The position numbers and the translations under genes are program-made. 64,000 bases of DNA. Origin: Macrostomum lignano (Eukaryota). Shown here piece by piece: positions 24,101 through 35,967 of this stretch. The stretch is taken from the NCBI GenBank assembly GCA_002269645.1, contig NIVC01000392.1, positions 434,001 to 498,000 of the forward strand, read 5' to 3'. Each line of letters opens with the position of its first letter. Positions within the stretch are counted from its first letter, which is position 1. The notes beneath the pieces are model-generated. The model was not told the DNA's origin, made no database searches, and saw only the letters and a list, made by a program, of their open reading frames with translations.

Positions 24101-27100
24101 TGAAAATACTGCAGTGCAACGTCCGGTAAAGTCTGAGGATCTAGGAGGCTGGCCCAGCAACTGAGGATTTGGGAGGCTGGCCCAGCAACTGAGGATCTGG
24201 GAGGCTGGCCCAGCAACTGAGGATTTGGGAGGCTGGCCCAGCAACTGAAGATCTGAGAGGCTGGCCCAGCAACTGAGGATCTGGGAGGCTGGCCCAGCAA
24301 CTGAGGGTCTGAGAGGCTGGCTCAGCAACTGAGGATCTGGGAGGCTGGCCCAGCAACTGAAGATCTGAGAGGCTGGCCCAGCAACTGAGGATCTGGGAGC
24401 CTGGCCCAGCAACTGAGAATCTGGGAAGCTGGCAGCCCAGCAACTCAGAATCTGGGAAGCTGGCAGCCCAGCAACTCAGAATCTGGGAAGCTGGCAGCCC
24501 AGCAACTGAGAATCTGGGAAGCTGGCAGCCCAGCAACTGAGAATCTGGGAAGCTGGCAGCCCAGCAACTGAGAATCTGGGAGGCTGGCAGCCTAGCAACT
24601 GAGGATCTGGGAGGCTGGCAGCCCAGCAACTGAGGATCTGGGTAGCTGGCAGCCCAGCAACTGAGGATCTGGGAGGCTGGTGCAGCAACTGAGGATCTGG
24701 GTAGCTGGCAGCCCAGCAACTGAGGATCTGGGTAGCTGGCAGCCCAGCAACTGAGGATCTGGGTAGCTGGCAGCCCAGCAACTGAGGATCTGGGTAGCTG
24801 GCAGCCCAGCAACTGAGGATCTGGGAGGCTGGTGCAGCAACTGAGGATCTGGGTAGCTGGCAGCCCAGCAACTGAGGATCTGGGTAGCTGGCAGCCCAGC
24901 AACTGAGGATCTGGGTAGCTGGCAGCCCAGCAACTGAGAATCTGGGAAGCTGGCAGCCCAGCAACTGAGGATCTGTGTCTCACACTGCCAGCAGGGTTGG
25001 TGAGGGCGGCGTCAGGGTCCAGCATGGCTCTGATCAGGCACGCCAGCCGGTGCGCCTCGGACATCTCCGGGTCAGTGTCGCGACTCATGCGGCCCACGAG
25101 GCGGCTGAGCAGCAGGTCCGAGTCGGGCCGGTCAGCGGCTTCGTGCAGCAGGTGGTCACGCAGCAGGGGGGCGGAGTGGTCCACCAGGCACTGAAGGAGA
25201 ATGTGTAATAAATTTAAACTTAGTCATAAAAATTATTTGTATTGCTTTGCACCACCCCTTGCAGTAATTAGGATAAACTTTACGCATTATAGTCATTCTC
25301 TATACCAGTAATAAACAGATATACGCACAAATATACAACCTAGATAAGAATCTACTAATCTACCCATAAATCTACAAATCTGCACCAGAATCTACAAATC
25401 TACATTAGAATCTACAAATCTACATTAGAATCTACAAATCTACATTAGAATCTACAAATCTACATTAGAATCTACAAATCTACATTAGAATCTACAAATC
25501 TACATTAGAATCTACAAATCTACATTAGAATCTACAAATCTACATTAGAATCTACAAATCTACATTAGAATCTACAAATCTACATTAGAATCTACAAATC
25601 TGTCCAAAAATCTACAAATCTGCACCAGAATCTACAAATCTGCCCCATAATATACAATATATAATGTGCCCAATATATAATGGGCAATGTATAATCTTCC
25701 CAAGAATCTGCAAATCTGCCCCAGAATATACAAATCTTCCCGAGAATCTGCAAATCTGCACCAGAATCTAAAAATCTACACTAGAATCTGCAAATCTGCA
25801 CCAGAATCTAAAAATCTACACTAGAATCTGCAAATCTGCACCAGAATCTACAAATCTACACCAGAACCTGCAAATCAACATGAAAATCTACACTACAATC
25901 TGCAAATCTTCCCTAAAATCTGCAGATCTTCCCCAGGAGCTACAAATCTCTGAAAACTCATAGAAAATCAACTGAAACAAGCACATCCACCTGCAGAACG
26001 TCTGTAGCAGCGGCCCCGACAGCCGGACACTGATCTGCCGCGGTGTACATGCAGCCGAGGGCTTCCAGCAGTCGCCCGCCGTTCAGCAGCTGCTCCTGCA
26101 GCCCAGCCAGCTGTCCCAGGCCGCACTGGCCAGACGGGCAGCAGCAGCACAGCTCGCGGAGAAACCTGGCCAAATCCAGCATCCTGACAGTGTCTGACGA
26201 GCTGCTGCACAGGCCATTCAACAGCTCAGCAATCAGATTGGCGTCCTGAACAATATCGGATGCAATTCTTAACCGGCCGGACAGCACCAGCCCGCTGAGC
26301 TCCGACTGCTGGCCGAAACCTGCGGAGCTTCCGCCGCCGCCGCCTCCGCCTCCTTCGCCTCTCAGCGCCAGCGTCAGGAACTGCACATCGTCAAGCGGAC
26401 TGGGAGGCGGCAGGGCGCAGTCTAGCAGGTACTGCAGCCGGTACTGTCGCCGAATTCTCTCGGCTAAGCCTGGCTGACGATCGAACTTCAGCACCTGGCG
26501 AGGATTAGCCGCCTGACCGAGTACGAAATTCCGATGAGGCACCCGGCCGCTAGGCCGGTACTCCAGCATCCCTAAGGTGGCTAACAGTCGATCGTCCGGC
26601 ATTGTTAAACTTTCTAATAGGCGGCGATGATTGAGCAGCAGAAGGCTGGTGGTTAATTCTTGCAATTGTTGAAGGCGCTCCACGTTGCCTTGCTGCTCAG
26701 CCCTGCGGTTGAGAAATATGTGGTTTGAGAGTACTCTTCTATAACCTGTGTTACCATGCCGTGACAGCTGTAAGCATCCCTGTCACACCTGTCAGCATCA
26801 CTGTCACACCTGTCAGCATCGCTGTCACACCTGTCAGCATCCCTGTCACACCTGTCAGTATTCCAGTCACACCTGTCAGCATCACTGTCACACCTGTCAG
26901 CATCACTGTCACACCTGTCAGCATCGCTGTCACACCTGTCAGCATCACTGTCACACCTGTCAGCATCGCTGTCACACCTGTCAGCATCACTGTCACACCT
27001 GTCAGCATCTCTGTCAAACCTGTCAGCATCCCTGTCACACCTGTCAGCATCGCTGTCACACCTGTCACACCTGTCAGCATCGCTGTCACACCTGTCAGCA

Positions 27101-30100
27101 TCCCTGTAACACCTGTCAGCATCACTGTCACACCTGTCAGCATCGCTGTAACACCTGTCAGCATCACTGTAACACCTGTCAGCATCACTGTCACACCTGT
27201 CAGCATCGCTGTCACACCTGTCAGCATCGCTGTCACACCTGTCAGCATCGCTGTCACACCTGTCAGCATCGCTGTCACACCTGTCAGCATCCCTGTCACA
27301 CCTGTCAGCATCGCTGTAACACCTGTCAGCATCCCTGTCACACCTGTCAGCATCTCTGTCAAACCTGTCAGCATCCCTGTCACACCTGTCAGCATCGCTG
27401 TCACACCTGTCAGCATCCCTGTCACACCTGTCAGCATCGCTGTCACACCTGTCAGCATCCCTGTCACACCTGTCAGCATCCCTGTCACACCTGTCAGCAT
27501 CCCTGTCACACCTGTCAGCATCTCTGTCAAACCTGTCAGCATCGCTGTCACACCTATCAGCATCGCTGTCACACCTGTCAGCATCCCTGTCACACCTGTC
27601 AGCATCGCTGTAACACCTGTCAGCATCCCTGTCACACCTCTCAGCATCCCTGTCAAACCTGTCAGCATCCCTGTCACACCTGTCAGCATCGCTGTCAAAC
27701 CTGTCACACCTGTCAGCATCGCTGTCACACCTGTCAGCATCCCTGTAACACCTGTCAGCATCACTGTCACACCTGTCAGCATCGCTGTAACACCTGTCAG
27801 CATCACTGTAACACCTGTCAGCATCACTGTCAGCATCACTGTCACACCTGTCAGCATCGCTGTCACACCTGTCAGCATCGCTGTCACACCTGTCAGCATC
27901 ACTGTCACATCTGTCAGCATCGCTGTCACACCTGTCAGCATCCCTGTCACACCTGTCAGCATCCCTGTCACACCTGTCAGCATCGCTATCACACCTGTCA
28001 GCATCGCTGTCACACCTATTACCCCCACCCCGAAAGATCAGAGATTCAGAAAACCTTTCAAAGCAACTTACTCAGGGAATATCACGCAGCACAGTATTCT
28101 CGGATAGTCCTTTCTAATAGCGGACTCGGCCAGCTGATGCCCAATGGACAGGGGCGCCGGGCTGGTCCGGGAGGCGGTCACAAGGCGTGCGGCCTCAGCC
28201 AGCACGCTGGGCTCACATGGCGGCATCTCCACGCGGCTGAGAAGTTGAGTCACGGCGGCGAGGCCGCCTGCCCCAACGGGTCCGTCAGTGTATTCGAATT
28301 CGTCTGACCCATCTTCGTCCTCGGCTACGTCTTGGGTGACGTCAACTGAAGGATCCTTGCCCTGCACCCAGCAGATTCGAGCCCACACTTCTTCGCAGCC
28401 TTCCTTCTCCTGTCGAACCATTGTAATGGAGACATTCATTGCTTTTAATTTTCTATTTTTGCTACCGAAGCACCTGTTTTTCTGCTACTGATTCTCTACC
28501 TTACTCAAGCCTGTTCCTCCCCTGTTTCTAAGCCTGTTCCTCCCCTGTTTCTAAGCCTGTTCCTCCCCTGTTTCTAATCCTGTTCCTCCCCTGTTTCTGA
28601 GCCTGTTCCTCCCCTGTTTCAGAGCCTTTTCCTCCCCTGTTTCTAAGCCTGTTCCTCCCCTGTTTCAGAGCCTGTTCCTCCCCTGTTTCTAAGCCTGTTC
28701 CTCCCCTGTTTCAGAGCCTGTTCCTCCCCTGTTTCTAAGCCTGTTCCTCCCCTGTTTCAGAGCCTGTTCCTCCCCTGTTTCAGAGCCTTTTCCTCCCCTG
28801 TTTCTAAGCCTGTTCCTCCCCTGTTTCAGAGCCTGTTCCTCCCCTGTTTCAGAGCCTTTTCCTCCCCTGTTTCTAATCCTGTTCCTCCCCTGTTTCTAAG
28901 CCTGTTCCTCCCCTGTTTCTAAGCCTGTTCTTCCCCTGTTTCTAAGCCTGTTCTTCCCCTGTTTCTAAGCCTGTTCTTCCCCTGTTTCTAAGCCTGTTCT
29001 TCCCCTGTTTCTAAGCCTGTTCTTCCCCTGTTTCTAAGCCTGTTCTTCCCCTGTTTCTAAGCCTGTTCTTCCCCTGTTTCTAAGCCTGTTCTTCCCCTGT
29101 TTCTAAGCCTGTTCTTCCCCTGTTTCTAAGCCTGTTCTTCCCCTGTTTCTAAGCCTGTTCTTCCCCTGTTTCTAAGCCTGTTCCTCCCCTGTTTCAGAGC
29201 CTGTTCCTCCCCTGTTTCAGAGCCTTTTCCTCCCCTGTTTCTAAGCCTGTTCCTCCCCTGTTTCAGAGCCTGTTCCTCCCCTGTTTCTAAGCCTGTTCCT
29301 CCCCTGTTTCAGAGCCTGTTCCTCCCCTGTTTCTAAGCCTGTTCCTCCCCTGTTTCAGAGCCTGTTCCTCCCCTGTTTCTAAGCCTGTTCCTCCCCTGTT
29401 TCAGAGCCTGTTCCTCCCCTGTTTCAGAGCCTGTTCCTCCCCTGTTTCAGAGCCTTTTCCTCCCCTGTTTCTAATCCTGTTCCTCCCCTGTTTCTAAGCA
29501 TGTTCCTCCCCTGTTTCTAAGCCTGTTCTTCCCCTGTTTCTAAGCCTGTTCTTCCCCTGTTTCTAAGCCTGTTCTTCCCCTGTTTCTAAGCCTGTTCTTC
29601 CCCTGTTTCTAAGCCTGTTCTTCCCCTGTTTCTAAGCCTGTTCTTCCCCTGTTTCTAAGCCTGTTCTTCCCCTGTTTCTAAGCCTGTTCTTCCCCTGTTT
29701 CTAAGCCTGTTCTTCCCCTGTTTCTAAGCCTGTTCTTCCCCTGTTTCTAAGCCTGTTCTTCCCCTGTTTCTAAGCCTGTTCTTCCCCTGTTTCTAAGCCT
29801 GTTCTTCCCCTGTTTCTAAGCCTGTTCCTCTATCTTAAGCTGAGCTTCCAAAAAGACATAAAACGTGAGACTACCTGAAAGCTCAAAGCCAAATCCAGGG
29901 ACTCGGCCTCAGACCAGACAATTAAAGTCTCCTGCTGCTTCTGGTAAGCGGTGTCCTGCTGTATACGGGACTCTAGTAGAGTCGAGCCGTCAATCTCGGA
30001 CACAACCCACAGGCAAACGCCAGTTAACCGCTCGATATAAGCCGAGCTCACATAGCCCGTGCCTCGATCGTCCCACTGCCTGTCATCGTTAAGCACATAC

Positions 30101-30237
30101 AGCTTAACCCGGCGTCTAAAACTGCTACTGTTACTACTGCTGGGATTACTACTAGTAGTATTATTTGCAGGATCAAGCTCTGGAGCAGCATTGGCTTCGG
30201 TAGCCGCACCATTGCCATTGCAGTCACCGTTAAACAT
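20781..30237 (-). CDS. PPP4R3: Serine/threonine-protein phosphatase 4 regulatory subunit 3 (SMEK/Psy2/falafel homolog), 7 coding exons, about 927 aa
   Basis: Exons 30237-29875, 28409-28072, 26702-25991, 25190-24984, 24053-23371, 22358-22221 and 21123-20781 join in frame with GT-AG sites (2784 nt). EVH1-like [45 protein letters not shown]|EKEGCEEVW; DTDPE; [15 protein letters not shown]; [16 protein letters not shown] match the PP4R3 family. Confidence 0.9.
21205..21785. repeat. 42-bp (2x21) minisatellite in PP4R3 intron 6
   Basis: GATCGGTGGGTCAACGGTCTCAAGTGTGTGGGTCACCATTCT, about 14 copies. Confidence 0.95.
22221..22358 (-). CDS. PPP4R3: PP4R3 putative exon 6 (138 nt, symmetric phase 2-2)
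   Basis: Acceptor TTTCCACCCAG, donor GTGTGT; encodes (G)[45 protein letters not shown](G); frame fits both neighbours. Confidence 0.6.
22395..23300. repeat. 23-bp minisatellite (GGATTAGGGGAGATTCTAGGACA-like) in PP4R3 intron 5
   Basis: Tandem units; variant GGGCCAATC at 22640, 22846 and 23052 (206-bp higher-order period). Confidence 0.95.
23371..24053 (-). CDS. PPP4R3: PP4R3 exon 5
   Basis: Acceptor CCCCATCCAG, donor GTGAGA; [55 protein letters not shown]. Confidence 0.9.
24145..24975. repeat. 28/31-bp minisatellite (GGCTGG[CAG]CCCAGCAACTGAGGATCTGGGA) in PP4R3 intron 4
   Basis: 28-bp units on the left change to 31-bp units on the right. Confidence 0.95.
24984..25190 (-). CDS. PPP4R3: PP4R3 exon 4
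   Basis: Acceptor TTCTCCTTCAG, donor GTGAGA; [39 protein letters not shown]. Confidence 0.85.
25368..25930. repeat. 20-bp minisatellite (AGAATCTACAAATCTACATT)n in PP4R3 intron 3
   Basis: Perfect core 25390-25600 with degenerate flanking units. Confidence 0.95.
25991..26702 (-). CDS. PPP4R3: PP4R3 exon 3
   Basis: Acceptor TTTCTCAACCGCAG, donor GTGGAT; [29 protein letters not shown] (SMK-1/DUF625-like region). Confidence 0.85.
26770..28018. repeat. 21-bp minisatellite (CTGTCACACCTGTCAGCATCN)n in PP4R3 intron 2
   Basis: About 59 copies; produces the spurious 425-519 aa ORFs. Confidence 0.95.
28072..28409 (-). CDS. PPP4R3: PP4R3 exon 2
   Basis: Acceptor TTCGACAG, donor GTAAGT; [27 protein letters not shown]. 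Confidence 0.9.
28508..29830. repeat. 23-bp minisatellite (CCTGTTCYTCCCCTGTTTCTAAG)n in PP4R3 intron 1
   Basis: About 57 copies, pyrimidine-rich on the + strand. Confidence 0.95.
29875..30237 (-). CDS. PPP4R3: PP4R3 exon 1 (EVH1-like domain)
   Basis: ATG at 30237 preceded by an in-frame TAA; donor GTAGTC after LSFQ. Confidence 0.9.
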
Positions 30238-30649
30238 TTACTCTATTCAAAAGAAACAGAGCAATTGAAAATATAGAGCTCTGTTTGACAACCCACAAAA
30301 CACTTGTGAAATGTATTTTGTGTTTGATTGCCTTGGCTAGCTCGAGTTTCGCAATAGTCAATGATTTGGACATGAAAAAAATGAAATACATAAAATATTA
30401 ATAATCAATTGACTATTCAAGGTCACAATTTATTATGGATATTGATAGTTATATAGGAACCCATTTCTTATACCCAGAGGACAATGGGAGAGGAAAAAAT
30501 AGGGGAGAATGTGGTGGCATAGCAGCCAATAGATGATGTCTAGCCAAACATTTGCGCATCTAGTAGCATAAATTGTGGTAGACCAATAGTAGGTTACAAA
30601 ATTGACAACTTATTTATAGCATTTTTTATAACAAATTGGAGATTTCTTA

Positions 30650-32720
30650 TACTAAGATGGCAAGGCATAGGGGGGGGATTGCTAAGATATAAAGGTTGAG
30701 GTCAGAAGCTACATGTAGTTTACTCTAATTTTTTTATTGCATTCTTTGTTGGCTCATTAATGGGGGCGACTGATAGAAGTGCCATGCAAAAAAGAAGCAT
30801 CATGTAAAACATAAAAGATTCATTTGGGAATCGCTACTATGTCAAGGCTTGGAAGGAAATACAATGCTAAATTTTAGGGAGAATTATTGAAATGTCAAGG
30901 CTTATGGGGGAAGAATTGCTAAGATATCAAGGCTTTAGGGTTAGGGTTAGAGCTAGGGGGCATCACTAAGATGTCAAGGCTTAGGGGAGGAGAGGGGTTG
31001 TTGTAATGTTGAAAAATTAAATAGCTTAAAAAATAAAAAAAATATTTGTGTTCTATCTCAATTATGACTATTAGCAATATGGAATATTACAATTATAGTA
31101 AAATAAGTGTCTGTGATAGCTATAGTTATCTATATAAAACAACTATTTTATTACTATAAATATAAATATAGTAGTTTGAAGCTTCTCTCATTTATTGCTA
31201 TAGTGGTATATTATGCTTTTGCCTTGTTAGCTAAGCATTTCATTAGTTATCATATTATCAATTTCAATTATTTCTAAATGTGTTTGAGCAGTTTTTGTGT
31301 TTATAATATAGAGTATACTAGCAATCTACGCCCCCCGTTGGGGAGCCAAAGAAATGCAATACACGTTTTTTTAATAAGCTACATATGTAGCCTTGAAATC
31401 TTAAAAAATCTTCTGTCAAACTTCTAACCCAAACCCTAACCCTAACCAAAACCCTAAATTCAATATTTTGTCCATGAGTTTTTGCATGATCGATGCTTCT
31501 ATGATTTTTGGCATGACACATCCATTGTTTTTGCATGACGCTTCCATTATTTTTGCATGATGCTTCCATGATAAACATTTTTAATAAGCAACATGAGCTA
31601 ACCAACCCTAACACTAACCCTACAGCCTGACATCTGCATAAGTTTTTGAAGCGCTAGTAGTGTTTTTTAGCTTAGTATCTTAGCGTTAGGGAGCCAAAAA
31701 TGCAGTACAAGTTTTGTAATAAACTACATGTAGCATCTCTTTGCAATATACCTCAGAAGTCCCTTGTAAGCCTTAAAATGTCAGTAATTCCCCCCCACAA
31801 GCTTTAACAAATCAACTCCCCCCCTTGACATCTCAGCAATGCCCCCAATAAGCCTTGAAATCTAAAAAAAATCTGTCAACCTTCTAACCCTAACCCTAGC
31901 CAAACCCTAACCCTAACCCTAACCCTAACCCTAACCCTAACCCTAACCTAACCCTAAAGCATTGAAATTCCAGTAATTCTCTCTAAGAGTCATAACAGCA
32001 CTACTACAGCATTATAGCGATTCCCTGCAAGCCTCGACATCGTAGGGATTCCCAAATGAATCTCTTAACTTCGACATGAAGCTTCTTTTATTTTTTACAT
32101 TACGCTTTTTTTATCAGCGATCCCTCCCTGAGGAGGCATCAAATAATGTAATAAAAAGTTTTCAATAAACTACATGTAGCTTCTGACTTTAGCCTTGAAA
32201 TCTCATTTATACCCCCGTGAGCCTTGACATCTCAGCTATTCCCCCGTAAGCCTTGACATGTCAGCGATGGCCCCCATAAACCTTGAAATCTAAAAAATCC
32301 CCTGTTAACCTTGAAACCCGATAAAATATAACCCTCAACCCAAACCTGACCTAAACCTAACTTTAACCCAACCTAAAGCCTTGAAATCTCAGCAATTCTT
32401 CTCCCCTAAGCCTTGACATTTTAGTGATTCCTTCTGTAAGAATCACAGCACTATAACGATTTCCACCAAGCTTTGACATTGTAGCAATTCCCAGATGAAT
32501 CTTTTAACTCCGACATGACTTTTCTTTTATGTATACATAGTGCTACTTTTATTTTTTACATGACTCTTCTTCTATCAGCGCCCCCCTGTGGCGAGCCAAC
32601 AAAGAATGCAATAAAAAATTGAGTAAAGTACATGAACTTTGAAGTAGCTTCTGACTTTTGCTTTGACATCTCAGAAACCCCCCCCCCGTAATCTCAGTTA
32701 TTCTCTGAGAGCCTTTACGT
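30650..32720. repeat. Complex degenerate repeat with AAGCCTTGACAT subunits and embedded telomere-type motifs, present in both orientations
   Basis: 30801-30850 CATGTAAAACATAAAAGATTCATTTGGGAATCGCTACTATGTCAAGGCTT is an inverted match to 32468-32517; direct degenerate modules starting AACTACATGTAG at about 31723 and 32168. Confidence 0.65.
31885..31957. repeat. Interstitial telomeric-type repeat (CCCTAA)n
   Basis: About 7 perfect CCCTAA units at 31906-31947 plus degenerate units; shorter runs at about 30945-30956 (TTAGGG) and 31430-31457. Confidence 0.9.
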
Positions 32721-32864
32721 CTCAGTTTTTCTCCCAGCACAGCATTATAGCTGCATTTAATTTTTACATGACACCCTTCATGTCTGACATGACACTTCTT
32801 TTATTCTACCATGATGCTTCTTAATTTTTTAAATGACACTTTCATTAGTTTTAAATGAGGCTTC

Positions 32865-33090
32865 TATGATTTTTTCTTGACGCTTCTATGATTTTTATAG
32901 AAGCGTCATGTAAAAAAATCATAGAAGCTTCTATGATTGTTTACATGACGCTTCTATGATTTTTTACATGACGCTTCTATGATTTTTTACATGACGCTTC
33001 TATGATTTTTTACCTGACGCTTCTATGATTGTTTACATGACGCTTCTATGATTTTTTACATGACGCTTCTATGATTTTTACATGACGCTT
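32865..33090. repeat. 23-bp minisatellite (ATGACGCTTCTATGATTTTTTAC)n with one inverted unit
   Basis: Tandem units; 32897-32927 ATAGAAGCGTCATGTAAAAAAATCATAGAAG is the reverse complement of the unit. Confidence 0.9.
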
Positions 33091-33805
33091 CTTTTTAAAA
33101 AGTCTTTTAGTTTTCCTGACGTTGAAAAGCTTTAATTAAAAAAATTATACTCTATGAAAATTCGAACCATCGTCGCTGCATTTAGCAGTTCAGTTTGTTC
33201 ACCTCTAGGCTAGCTCTCATTGTTTTGATAACATCAAATTTTGCACTTAATAATTCAACACTTAAAAATCCAAGCATAGAGTAAATCATACGAAGCAGTT
33301 ATGACATAATCAGTTTCTCAGTCAGTCAGTATCAGTTAACAATATGGTTACGCAAATTCTGGTGCTACGCTTCCACACTGCATTTTCAATTCAAGTCGGA
33401 GTTACAATTCAGTGATGATGCAATCTATTTCAGAATCAGAATTCAACCAGTCAGTTTTTTCTCTAGCATTCTTACAATGCATTTCAAGTCGAAAAGTTTG
33501 CTTGACCTTTGCAAAAAAGCATGTTTTTCGAATATTTAATGCCTTTAGCATCGAGCAATTTCTTAGCCGCGATGCATGTACAGTCACGGGAAAATTTCTG
33601 ATCGAACAGTGCAAGTTTGAACAAAATCGGTCCAGCCATTTTTTCTCTAATCTATCACATATATATAGACATCACATTTTTAGTATATAGGATTATTAGA
33701 TCCTACATATTAGGGCCTATTACTTAAAAATTTAGAAAAAAAACAAATAATGACCCAGAAATACAAATTGACTCATGATATATATGCCAGAAATTATCAA
33801 AAAGG

Positions 33806-35967
33806 ATGTATTGGTTTCCCAACAGACATTCAGACAGACATTCAGAAATTGTTCAGTAAATGTTTAACAAAATTGTCTATTTATTATGCAAGATACTGTG
33901 TATTTATAGAAACTTTTACACATGTCTCTTCTTTAAAAAGACATCTTAGACACACACAAAGACGCTTTACAAGCTGAGATATTCCCTAGCAAATGTTGTT
34001 ACGACATTTTCTAAAAATACTGAATGTATTATTATTACAATATTATTAATACTATTATTGAAATTATTACTATTAATAATGATAATAAGATTATTACAAT
34101 GGTATTAGTGTATTCCTTTTATTACTATATAATAATATTACTGTTCTATTATTAATAGTAGAACAAGGAATCCCCTACCCCTGACATAATTTTTTCTGCG
34201 CCGACATGGAGCAACGCGGGCGCACGAAATTCAAGAACACGTGCTTACTTTTTGCTACGCACCTCGAACAAGAATCAAGTTGTCGCCAGCCCTCTGGACT
34301 GTCGAGATATTTGATGATTCTGCCTGCAGATGGTCAGATTTTTCCCATAAGCGCTAGTGTATTACACCCTGTGCGCCAATAAGCACTGCGCCTCAGTGCA
34401 GCCTTGCCAAGTCTCCAAATTTCATCAGCACGTCGACCACATGTGTCGGCATCAGATTTATTTGACTTTGTTGGTCACTAGCCTTCACCCAGGCAGAGCT
34501 TCTGGACCTTCAACAAGTTGCAACATGTGTCTACATGTATATGGACACGCTGTTCAAATTTCTCAGCTAGTTTTGCTGATCAAGCCTCAACAGAGTGGGC
34601 AAGCCTCAACTGCTGGACATCCTCAGCTAGTCTCTCGAGAATTTAGTCATCACCCAGACGCCGTCGGCAACTTCAACGGATTACACCAGCTGACTATGGA
34701 CACTGTGATGCAAATATGCTAGATTTTTTATCAAGCTTCAATAATTGGCAAACCTCAACTGCTAGGCATCCTTAACTAGTTTCTCAAGCATTCTGTCGTC
34801 ATTCTGCCATCATTGGCACCTTCAAGGAGACAAAACCATGACCATGGACACCCAGAAGTATGATTTTTTATTTTTAAACAAATAGTAACTTTTAAGACAG
34901 AAGACTTGGATATTTAGTATATTGTGACTTTATCTTCATTCCACACGGAAAATTTGGTAATTTTTAGTGCTTTCTTCTTTTTGTGAATATTCTTTTCAAT
35001 TTAGTTTATTTAACAAATTACCTCATCATGTTTACATAATTACGTCTGGGACTCTAGCTGAGAATAAACTGGAGTTACAGATTGCGCATTATTGAAGCTT
35101 GATAAGAAAAACCTGACATTGTTGCAAAACGATGTCCATAGTCATCTGATGCCACCTGTTGAAGGTGCCAATGGTGTCGGAGTGGTGACAGAATGCTAGA
35201 GAGACTAGCTGAGGATGTCCAAAAGTTAAGGCTTGCTCCCTGTCGAGGCTTGATTGGCGAAACTCGAGAAATTTGCATCAGGATGGTCACAGTCACCTGG
35301 TGTCATCTGTTGAAGATGCCGATGGCGTCGGGGTGATGACTAAATGCTTGGGAGACCAGCTGAGGATACCTAGCAGTTGAGGCTTGCCTGCACTATAAAG
35401 GTTTGAATAGCAAAACTAGAGAAATTTGTATCAGGATGTCCATAGTCACCTGGTGCCACCTGTTGAAGGTCCCGACGGCATTGGGGTGGTGACTGAAGGC
35501 TCGAGATTCTAGCTGAGAATGTCTGGCAGTTAAGTTTTTCCCATTATTGAAGCTTGATAAGAAAAATCTGGCATATTTGCATCAGAGTGTCCATAGTCAG
35601 CTGGTGTAATCCATTGAAGGTGCTGACGGCATCCAGGTGATGACTGAATGCTCAAGAGACTAGCTGAGAATGCCCTGCGGTTGAGGTTTGCCCATTGTTG
35701 AGGCTTGATCAGTGATCAGTGATGTCTAGGCTGAACTATAAATATGTATTCGGTAATATTGGGAAACATCGTAACAACATTTGCTAGGGAATATCTCAGC
35801 TTGTAAAGCGTCTTTGTGTGTGTCTAAGATGTCTTTTTAAAGAAGAGACATGTGTAAAAGTTTCTATAAATACACAGTATCTTGCACAATAAATAGACAA
35901 TTTTGTTAAACATTTACTGAACAATTTCTGAATGTCTGTCTGAATGTCTGTTGGGAAACCAATACAT
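33806..35967. repeat. About 2.2-kb foldback (palindromic) structure
   Basis: Outer arms 33806-34004 and 35769-35967 are near-perfect reverse complements (ATGTATTGGTTTCCCAACAGAC... / ...GTCTGTTGGGAAACCAATACAT); inner diverged inverted arms at about 34540-34830 versus 35100-35710. No TSD found. Confidence 0.85.

Noticed and set aside
24141-24983. 347-aa ORF extension with [10 protein letters not shown] repeats
   Set aside because: Only 25190-24984 is PP4R3 exon; the rest is read-through into the intron 4 satellite past a GTGAGA donor.
26725-28307. Long ORFs of 425-519 aa (VTPVSIA, HTCQH, MLTGVT repeats) resembling metal-binding or antifreeze proteins
   Set aside because: They arise from a 21-bp stop-free satellite open in several frames on both strands, inside PP4R3 intron 2.
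31885-31957. True telomere or chromosome-fusion site
   Set aside because: Runs are short, sit inside repeated modules and recur at several places in the window.
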